64,000 bases of DNA from an uncultured delta proteobacterium (GTDB lineage: Bacteria; Desulfobacterota; Desulfobaccia; Desulfobaccales; 0-14-0-80-60-11). The notes beneath the pieces were generated by a model. That model saw only the letters and a program-made list of their open reading frames with translations. It ran no database searches and was not told where the DNA came from. Within the stretch, counting starts at the first letter, position 1, and every line of letters starts with the position of its first letter. Location of the stretch: the NCBI GenBank assembly GCA_963797235.1, contig CAWCOX010000004.1, forward strand, positions 635,332 to 699,331. Reading direction: 5' to 3'. The translations under genes were made by a program, and so were the position numbers. This document shows, one piece after another, positions 57,345-64,000 of the stretch.

Positions 57345-58814
57345 TTATAGCCGACGGCTACCCCCAAACGCCGCCAGTCTCTGCCAGGAAAGGCCCGATC
57401 CCGCCAGGCAGCCGGTCCACCACCAGATGAGCCCGGCGATAACCACCGGGGCGCTCCAGGGCAGGCTGATCAAGACCGCCAGACTGAGGGCCATCGGCCC
57501 AATCTCCCGGGCAAAGAACCACCCGGAAAAACGCGGCTGATACCGGCTGAGGAGGTACGGCACAAACCAGCAGGGCAGCAGCAGGTCCCCGGCGATCATC
57601 CCCAGGATCACCCCGGGCAGCCCCAGGCGTCGCCCCCCCCAATAGGCCAGCCCCAGACCCAGTAAGGAAGAGACCACCAGCATCTTGGCCAGGGCCCGGT
57701 GCCGGTTGGTGGCCATCAAGGGATGGCTGCAGGTGAGCCAGATCAGGAACTGTCCCAGGTAGAGGAGGAAAAGGTCCATCACCGTCTGCTGGTAAGCCAC
57801 CGCTTTTCTAAGCCAAAAATGATAGAGGGCCTCACCCCAAAAATGAAAGATCGCCATGAACATGACGGCGGCCACCAGGGTGGAACGAAAGATGGCCCGA
57901 AATAGCCGAAAGAACTTTTCCTCGTCGCTCTGGGTATCCAGGCGGGTCAGCTCCGGCCAGGCGGCGTGGGAGATCTGCTCGAAGAATGACCGGACCAGAT
58001 TAATGATCGTGCGCATGGTGGCAAAGAGCACCACCTGGACCGAACCCAGGACCAGGCCCACCACCAGGATGGTCCCCTGAATGGTGAAGGCCTGGGCCAT
58101 TTGGATGCCGAAAAAATGGAGGCTGGGCTTGATGAAACTCAGGCCGAAGGCGGGGTCGGCCTCCCGCAGCGAGAATAATTGGAACTGCGGGAAGCGCCGG
58201 TTCAGGTCCCGGCCGGCCACCAGGGCGCCTCCCAGGAGAGGCAGCAGTTGCAAAGCGGCGATGGCCACCAGGCCGACCCGCAGCCAGAGCCCCAGGGCCA
58301 GCAAAACTACGGTAACCAACTGCATGGTGTTGGTGAGCATCACCCCCCGGGGCAACAGCCCCACGGCCCGATAAACCCCCAGTAAGATGCCCTGGGGCAG
58401 GGAAAAGACGAACTGGAAGGACAGGATAATCAGGACCAGAAAGACTACCCGCGGGCTGGTGACGGTGATTTGCAGCAGCGCGCCGGGAGGAAACAGGAGA
58501 ATAGATCCGACAAATATGACAAAGACCAGCACGGGGATGGTCAGGAACAGGGCGAGTCCGGTGTGCAAAATCTTGCGGAACAAAGGGATATCAGCCTGGG
58601 CATAGGCCTGGGTGAGGCGGTTGACGATATAAAGCTGGCCCCCCAGGTCCGTGAGCGACAGGTAGGCGACGACGGAGGAGAGGATAAGCCATTCTCCGTA
58701 AACCTGGGCGTCCCAGGCGGCCAGGAACAGCGGCACCAACAGCACCCGGGAGGCCACGTTGATCACCTGGCCCAGAAAGTTGACACCTATCCCCTGAATC
58801 AAGCGCTTCAGCAT
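57345..58814 (-). CDS. MOP-superfamily polysaccharide flippase (second Wzx-like gene)
   Basis: Start at MLKRLIQGIGVNFLGQVINVASRVLLVPLFL (ATG 58814, abutting the upstream gene's stop codon at 58817-58819). About 14 TM segments. Flippase-typical N-terminus. Confidence 0.7.
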   Translation of the reverse strand: MLKRLIQGIGVNFLGQVINVASRVLLVPLFLAAWDAQVYGEWLILSSVVAYLSLTDLGGQLYIVNRLTQAYAQADIPLFRKILHTGLALFLTIPVLVFVIFVGSILLFPPGALLQITVTSPRVVFLVLIILSFQFVFSLPQGILLGVYRAVGLLPRGVMLTNTMQLVTVVLLALGLWLRVGLVAIAALQLLPLLGGALVAGRDLNRRFPQFQLFSLREADPAFGLSFIKPSLHFFGIQMAQAFTIQGTILVVGLVLGSVQVVLFATMRTIINLVRSFFEQISHAAWPELTRLDTQSDEEKFFRLFRAIFRSTLVAAVMFMAIFHFWGEALYHFWLRKAVAYQQTVMDLFLLYLGQFLIWLTCSHPLMATNRHRALAKMLVVSSLLGLGLAYWGGRRLGLPGVILGMIAGDLLLPCWFVPYLLSRYQPRFSGWFFAREIGPMALSLAVLISLPWSAPVVIAGLIWWWTGCLAGSGLSWQRLAAFGGSRRL

Positions 58815-58816
58815 GG

Positions 58817-59764
58817 TCAGCGGGGACCTTCCGGTTTCTGTAAAATCAGTAAATGGGCCTTGATCAAGCAATCATCCCTGGTTAGGCGGCCGGGATATTT
58901 CCCCAAGATCTCTTGAAACTCCTTGGGAAACTGCTGCTCATAGGCCAGGGCCTGGTCGGAGACCTCCAGGATCAACTCTTTGACGACCAGACCGGCCTCC
59001 CGGTAAATCTCCAGATACTCCCCGGTGGTCAGGCGAGAGAACAGACCCAGATCCAGATAGCGCACCCCGTCCTGGAAATCCTCCAGGGCGGCCCGCTGGG
59101 CCTCCAGATATTGCCGGTAGGCCTCGGGCTCCAGTCGCAGGTGGTTGTAAGAGTGCTCCAATCCCCCCCGGCCGGAAAAATGGTCCCCCCCGGCGCAGAA
59201 ATAGAGGGGACCGTAGGAGGCATACAGCGAGCCACCGGGCCGCAAGAGGCGCTGGGACTCCCGCATCACCCGGGGGAGATCCCGGCAATGTTCGTAGACC
59301 GCATCCGAGCCGATGAGGTCGATGCTGCCGGAGTCCAGAAAGCTATGATCCTCCAGGGCCGCAGTGCGAAACTCCACCGGCACCCGGTAGTGTTGATGAC
59401 AATACCCGGCAATCTCCTGCCAGGAGTCCTCGAAAGAAAACAGGTCGGTGGCGATAATGCGCCGGGGACGGAGCCGCGCCCAACTAATGACGTCCCAGCC
59501 GGTGCCGGTGCCCTGCACCAGCAGGGTGGCCTCCCGCAGGTTCCGGAGATATTTGGCCCCCCAGCGGCGCCGGCTCTCCAGGGGCAAGCCCCGGGGGCCC
59601 AGCACCCACCTGGGCCGCACCCTGGCAATGGTTTCGGGAGTCAGGCAGCGGGAGTAGCGGCGGGAAAGCCACGGGCGTAGAAGAAAGTAGAGGCCGCGCT
59701 TCAGCCAGCCTCGACTCTGCTGGCGGTGTTGGTTCAGCCAATCCTGCTTGGCGAATTTCACCAT
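58817..59764 (-). CDS. class I SAM-dependent methyltransferase
   Basis: 315-aa ORF. Motif I LLVQGTGTGWD, IIATDL, IGSDAVYEHCRD and LLRPGGSLY. The basic N-terminal ~70 aa are not assignable. Confidence 0.65.
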   Translation of the reverse strand: MVKFAKQDWLNQHRQQSRGWLKRGLYFLLRPWLSRRYSRCLTPETIARVRPRWVLGPRGLPLESRRRWGAKYLRNLREATLLVQGTGTGWDVISWARLRPRRIIATDLFSFEDSWQEIAGYCHQHYRVPVEFRTAALEDHSFLDSGSIDLIGSDAVYEHCRDLPRVMRESQRLLRPGGSLYASYGPLYFCAGGDHFSGRGGLEHSYNHLRLEPEAYRQYLEAQRAALEDFQDGVRYLDLGLFSRLTTGEYLEIYREAGLVVKELILEVSDQALAYEQQFPKEFQEILGKYPGRLTRDDCLIKAHLLILQKPEGPR

Positions 59765-59778
59765 CGGCCCCTACGCCC

Positions 59779-59805
59779 CGTAGCCCAGGCTAAAGCCTGC
59801 GGCTC
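59779..59805. repeat. REP-like near-complete palindrome
   Basis: GTAGCCCAGGCTAAAGCCTGCGGCTCC, the full GTAGCC-stem-loop-stem-GGCTAC form of the unit seen as half-sites elsewhere. Confidence 0.8.
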
Positions 59806-59811
59806 CATTTT

Positions 59812-60984
59812 TCATAATGCACCACTGCCGGGACCGCCCAGGACCCGCCGGTAGCCGGCGATGATCTTGGCGCCATAATCCGCCCAGGTGAACCCGGCCT
59901 GCACCCGCTCCCGGGCCGCCTCCCCCATGCTGCGGCCCGCTTCCGGATTTTCGTAAAAATAGAGGAGTCTTGCTTTCAGCGCCGCCACGTCCCGGATGGG
60001 GATGATGAAGCCGTCCCGGCCCTCCCGGACCGCGTCGGCCGCACCGGTGTTGGTGGTGGTGATCACCGGCAGGCCGCAGGCCATGGCCTGCACCAGAACC
60101 ATCCCAAAGCCGTCCTCAATGGAATTGAGGCAGAAGACCGACCCCTGGGAATAGTATTTATGCAGCTCCGGCTCCGGGAAGGGCCCCAGATGCCGGATGT
60201 TGGCTGAGGCGAACCGCTGCAGCAAGGGGCGGAACTCTTCGGTGAGGCTGCCGATGAGCCATAATTCCGCCCCCGGCAGCTGCAGTTCCGTAAAGGCCTG
60301 CAGCAGATAATGGACCCCCTTGCGCAAGCTGATCTGGCCGCAATGGATGACCCGGAAGGTTTTGTCCGGTTTGCCCACCGGATAAAAATTGGACAGGTTC
60401 ACCCCGTATGGCGCCAGTACCAGCTTGGCCGCCGGCACTCCCCGGCTGACGAAGGTTTCCCGGGAGAATTGGGACGGGAGGACGATGGCCTCGGCCTCCC
60501 GGTACTCCTGGAGTTCCTTGTCGATGATTTTCGGGTGGGTGAACTCCCGGCCCCGCCAGCCCAGCCGGGAGTATTCCTCCCGCAGAATTTCGTCCTGGGC
60601 CACAATGTGACAGGAGCCGTGATCCAGCACGGTCCTGGCCCCCAATTCCCGCGCCCGGCGCAGGGTGTGGAGGGAGTAGGCGCTCCAACCCACCACCAGC
60701 TCCGGCTGGGGGGGAAGATGACGGGCGGCCCGGCGATCGAAGAGCTCGTGCAACAGATATTGGGCATTATAATGGGCCTTCAGCCAATCCGGCGCCCGGC
60801 GCCAACCGCGATTCAAAATCTCATTTAACAGGAGCGAACAGATGTGCTCCCGGCTGATCCCGTATTTCACCGTCTCGAAGCGCGGATAGCTGGTAATGAG
60901 CCGCTCCAGATATCCCTGGCGCTCCAGCTCATGGGCCAGATTAAAGGCGTGGAAGCGACCCATCAGGGAGATGGTTACTCTCAT
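59812..60984 (-). CDS. glycosyltransferase family 4
   Basis: 390-aa ORF. C-terminal FCLNSIEDGFGMVLVQAMACGLPVITTTNTGAADAV (E-x7-E region). N-terminal domain lacking the usual Gly-rich loop. Confidence 0.8.
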   Translation of the reverse strand: MRVTISLMGRFHAFNLAHELERQGYLERLITSYPRFETVKYGISREHICSLLLNEILNRGWRRAPDWLKAHYNAQYLLHELFDRRAARHLPPQPELVVGWSAYSLHTLRRARELGARTVLDHGSCHIVAQDEILREEYSRLGWRGREFTHPKIIDKELQEYREAEAIVLPSQFSRETFVSRGVPAAKLVLAPYGVNLSNFYPVGKPDKTFRVIHCGQISLRKGVHYLLQAFTELQLPGAELWLIGSLTEEFRPLLQRFASANIRHLGPFPEPELHKYYSQGSVFCLNSIEDGFGMVLVQAMACGLPVITTTNTGAADAVREGRDGFIIPIRDVAALKARLLYFYENPEAGRSMGEAARERVQAGFTWADYGAKIIAGYRRVLGGPGSGAL

Positions 60985-60985
60985 C

Positions 60986-61912
60986 TTAGCGGCGTGCCCG
61001 CTCCCTTTTCAGGATGGCGAAGCTGGCCTGCCATTCGCCCAGTTGGGCCGCCACCTGCTCCACGGCATAGGCATAAAAAAACGGCAGCAGGTCCGCCATC
61101 CCTCTTTCGGAATAACGCACCGCCTCCAGGCAGGCGCCCAGGGCCGGGACCAGCGTCCCGATCCGGAGCAAGGTCCTGATCGTCTTCAAGCTATTCCACA
61201 GGAGGATCCGCCACCAGGGCCAGTGGTCCAGAAAGCGGTGCACCTGGGCCGAACCCGCGCCCCGGCCCTGGCGATTGCGCCAAAATTCCCGGAAGGAGGC
61301 CGGGACGACGTGTTCCACCTGGAGGCTCAGATCGATCCGCTTTTTGGCCTCCAGGGCGCGCAGCCCCTGGCCGAAGAACCCGTCTTCCCCGGCGCAGATG
61401 GCCACCGGGAAGCCGGTGGGAAACAGCCCGGCCTTCAGGGCCGCGTCCCGGCGGCAGGAGAACCCTTCGGTCCACTCCATGTTGTCATAGTTGCACCTGG
61501 CCGCCTGGGCATAGAAGACGTCGCTGACGCCATCCACGTAGCGGCCGAACAGGTCCTGCCGGTTGGCAACCCGGGCGGCCACCAGGACGTAATCCGCGCC
61601 CTGCTGATAATGGTAGGCCAACCTTTGGAGGAAATCGGCCGGCAGGCGGACGTCGGCGTTGAGCAGGACCACGACCTCGCCGGCGGCCTCCCGGATGCCG
61701 ATATTGCGGGCCTCACAACGGCCGCCGCCTCCCGGATGGATCAGGCGCACCCCCCGATCGGCATAGCGCCGGACGATCTCCGGGGTCTGATCGGTGGAAT
61801 CGTCGACGACAATGATCTCCTTATCGTCATAATCGAGGCCCAAGAGGGCTTCCAGGGTGGCGACGATATCACCGGCCTCATTGTACGTCGGGATGATAAT
61901 GCTGAATTTCAT
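60986..61912 (-). CDS. glycosyltransferase family 2
   Basis: MKFSIIIPTYNEAGDIVATLEALL, IIVVDDSTDQT, VVVLLNADV (DxD-equivalent). Its stop codon directly abuts the downstream GT4 start. Confidence 0.85.
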   Translation of the reverse strand: MKFSIIIPTYNEAGDIVATLEALLGLDYDDKEIIVVDDSTDQTPEIVRRYADRGVRLIHPGGGGRCEARNIGIREAAGEVVVLLNADVRLPADFLQRLAYHYQQGADYVLVAARVANRQDLFGRYVDGVSDVFYAQAARCNYDNMEWTEGFSCRRDAALKAGLFPTGFPVAICAGEDGFFGQGLRALEAKKRIDLSLQVEHVVPASFREFWRNRQGRGAGSAQVHRFLDHWPWWRILLWNSLKTIRTLLRIGTLVPALGACLEAVRYSERGMADLLPFFYAYAVEQVAAQLGEWQASFAILKRERARR

Positions 61913-61997
61913 CTTTCCCCTATCACCGTGCGACTATGCCTAATAATGGCTCGAAAGTTATTTATGGCTGGTGCTGTTCCATTCTTTCAGAAGCTGC

Positions 61998-62879
61998 TTA
62001 TGAAGGCTTTAATAGAAGGTTAACATCCTCTTTTTTGGAGAAATCGAACTTCACCAGACTAGGGGATAGCGAAGAAAATAAATATGTTTGATTCAGTCTG
62101 TTGCGTAATTTAAATTCTTGGATGGTGTAACCTTCAGGTAATAAGTCACTTAACTCTTGGGGACTCGCGAAAGACTCCCGGGTAGAATCACCAAATTCCA
62201 TAAAAATCAAAGGGCGGTAACTTGATATTATCCCTTTGAGCCCGGTTAAGGCAAATTTTTCGAACCCTTCTACGTCGATTTTAATCAAATCGATCCGGTC
62301 CAGATTCAAATCGGCCAGAAAATCGTCTCCTTTGACCAATCTTAACTTGCCCAGAAGTCGGTTACTGTTGCTGGCATGCCCGGCCAGAAAAGACCCGGTC
62401 CCGGTATTTACTCCGGTGGGAGCATAATAATCCAGATACTCATCCCTTTCCCCCAAGCCCACGTCGTGTACGATGATATTATCAATATGATTGAGGGCAA
62501 TTTTTTCTAATAATTGATTTCTGACTTTTTCATAAGGTTCAAAGGCATGGACCTGGTGGCAGAATTTCGACATAAATAAGGAATGCTGGCCAACATTGGC
62601 TCCTACATCCAAAAAAACCGGATCTACTTTGTCGCGCAGCAAGTCCCGCAAAAAAAATAACACCTCTTTTTCATACGCCCCATAAAAGTAAACAAACCAA
62701 TCCAAAAAGGTATTCAGGTTGCCTTTATATCTGAATCCAAAGAAATCCGTCTCATATTCCCAGGAGTTAATCGTGTCGGGGTTGACAAAATATCTGATTA
62801 TCCGGTCCCGGATGCCAAATCTGAGCCAATTTTGGTGACCTAAGCATCTCATAACCTTGAAGCGGGTTTGATTAACCAT
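61998..62879 (-). CDS. FkbM-family methyltransferase
   Basis: FLDVGANVGQHSLFMSK, AFEPYEK, IDLIKIDVEGFEKFALTGL are the FkbM signature. A hand count of one 60-nt sample gives ~35% G+C, against roughly two-thirds in the flanks. Confidence 0.8.
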   Translation of the reverse strand: MVNQTRFKVMRCLGHQNWLRFGIRDRIIRYFVNPDTINSWEYETDFFGFRYKGNLNTFLDWFVYFYGAYEKEVLFFLRDLLRDKVDPVFLDVGANVGQHSLFMSKFCHQVHAFEPYEKVRNQLLEKIALNHIDNIIVHDVGLGERDEYLDYYAPTGVNTGTGSFLAGHASNSNRLLGKLRLVKGDDFLADLNLDRIDLIKIDVEGFEKFALTGLKGIISSYRPLIFMEFGDSTRESFASPQELSDLLPEGYTIQEFKLRNRLNQTYLFSSLSPSLVKFDFSKKEDVNLLLKPS

Positions 62880-62898
62880 AACACTCTCTACTCCCTGA

Positions 62899-64000
62899 TC
62901 ATCCCAGCACCGCGGCTAAGGCTTTTTTCAAACCCTGCAGGTCCTCTGCGTAGCTCCATTGCTTGATGATTTCAAGGCTTTTTTGCCCCATCCGGCGGCA
63001 GTTGGCTCGATCTTGCAGAACCAGGCGCAAGGCCTGGCAAAGACCGGAGATATCCCCCGCCGCAAAGATCCGGCCGTTTTCCCCGTTTCTCACCAAGTCC
63101 GGACCGCAGCCCACCTGATCGCTGATGATCACGGCCCGGCCGGCGTTCATCACTTCGTTGACCGCCAGGCCCCAGGGCTCAAACACCGAGGGCAGGACAA
63201 AGACCTCGCACAGATCATAATAAGCGGGCAGTTCAGATTGATTTTTGAAACCCAGAAATCTCACCGCCTCGAGCTGCATTGCCCCGGCGACCTCTTCCAG
63301 GGGGCCTCGCTGGTCGCCGTCGCCCACGAAGAGCAGATAGGGAGGCCCGGCCACGGCCCCGCTGCGGATCAATTTGATATAGGCCGCCAGCAGGTCGTTG
63401 GGGCGCTTCCGGGGTTCGATCTTGCCGGCGAACAGGATGACCGGTCTGCCGGGCTCCAGCCTCAATTCCCGGCGCAACTCCTCCCGGCGGACCGCGGCCC
63501 GCTCGGCTCCGGCCTGAAAAAAGGCGTTATCCACCGCGTAGGGGACCGAAAAAATTCTCTGCGCGGCGATGCCATACCGGCGATAGTAGGCCCTGTTCAA
63601 GCTGCCAATGGCCAGGAAGCCGTCGACCAGGCGCCTGAGCCCCGCAAAAAAAACCTGCTTCAACAGCCGCTTGCCGAAATTCCGCGGGGCGCTGATCAGG
63701 GTGGCCTCATCCCGGATCAAGACCTTGAGGCCCAGCCGCTTGGCGGACCACATGGCCAGCCAATGGAACCAGCGGTTATAGCCGTGGATCCACAAGACCT
63801 GAAATCCGCCCTCCCGGAGCCGTTGGGCCAGGCCGTAGTTAAAAGGGCGAAAAAAAGAGAGCCGGCCCCGGCCTCCCAGCGCCGGCAAGACTTCGTAACG
63901 GTAGCCCTCCAGCAGGGGCACGTCCCACTCGATGACCCGGCCGAAAGTGGGGTCCAGGAATTTTCTGGCGCTGAAATCACTGCAAAAAAACACCGTCAGG
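62899..64000 (-). CDS. glycosyltransferase family 4 (N-terminus outside window)
   Basis: The frame stays open to base 64000 (..LTVFFCSDFSARKFLDPTFGRVIEWDVPLLEGY). C-terminal VFVLPSVFEPWGLAVNEVMNAGRAVIISDQVGCGPDLV. Confidence 0.75.
   Translation of the reverse strand, partial: LTVFFCSDFSARKFLDPTFGRVIEWDVPLLEGYRYEVLPALGGRGRLSFFRPFNYGLAQRLREGGFQVLWIHGYNRWFHWLAMWSAKRLGLKVLIRDEATLISAPRNFGKRLLKQVFFAGLRRLVDGFLAIGSLNRAYYRRYGIAAQRIFSVPYAVDNAFFQAGAERAAVRREELRRELRLEPGRPVILFAGKIEPRKRPNDLLAAYIKLIRSGAVAGPPYLLFVGDGDQRGPLEEVAGAMQLEAVRFLGFKNQSELPAYYDLCEVFVLPSVFEPWGLAVNEVMNAGRAVIISDQVGCGPDLVRNGENGRIFAAGDISGLCQALRLVLQDRANCRRMGQKSLEIIKQWSYAEDLQGLKKALAAVLG

Overview
High-G+C Gram-negative chromosome segment. LpxA, a GT9 heptosyltransferase-type gene and a TolC-type gene are present, and the many radical-SAM genes suggest an anaerobe. 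The taxon cannot be fixed from sequence alone. I found no rRNA, tRNA, CRISPR array, transposase or integrase. Content: (i) The left edge carries lipid A/LPS-core genes (lpxA fragment, GT9, GT4), then miscellaneous genes: an MDR dehydrogenase, a PDZ-less HtrA-type protease, an MBL-fold hydrolase, a secreted Pro/Ala-rich protein and nadE. (ii) A ~3.7-kb CheB-CheR-PAS-histidine-kinase fusion gene and an AbrB/RelE-type toxin-antitoxin pair follow. (iii) A very large envelope-glycan super-locus lies in two blocks (15.1-35.1 kb and 49.0-64.0 kb). It holds 11 glycosyltransferases plus a polyprenyl-phosphate priming transferase, two MOP-type flippases, an O-antigen-ligase/polymerase-like protein, gmd/fcl and four methyltransferases. 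It also holds a carbamoyltransferase/DUF5989/SxtJ module, an SGNH esterase, a SPASM radical-SAM enzyme and a deacetylase-like protein. (iv) Between the two blocks sits a same-strand 10-gene cluster (35.6-47.3 kb). It combines a serine-palmitoyltransferase-like alpha-oxoamine synthase, a split MacB-type ABC exporter with TolC-like and adaptor proteins, a GNAT-like protein, a large GT-C-like membrane protein and two radical-SAM enzymes. This is my best candidate for an undescribed system (synthesis and export of an envelope amino-lipid or modified lipid). A class III nucleotide cyclase with an N-terminal sensor region and a HAMP domain follows it. Two global features dominate. First, at least 24 single-base (+1) frame disruptions interrupt 14 conserved genes; assembly insertion errors are the simplest explanation. 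Second, intergenic repeats are unusually dense and fall into at least four families: a MITE-like element in six copies, GTAG-headed REP-like hairpins, ACTG-type hexamer/heptamer arrays, and C/G-tract hairpins. All family assignments come from motif recognition by eye, not from database searches.
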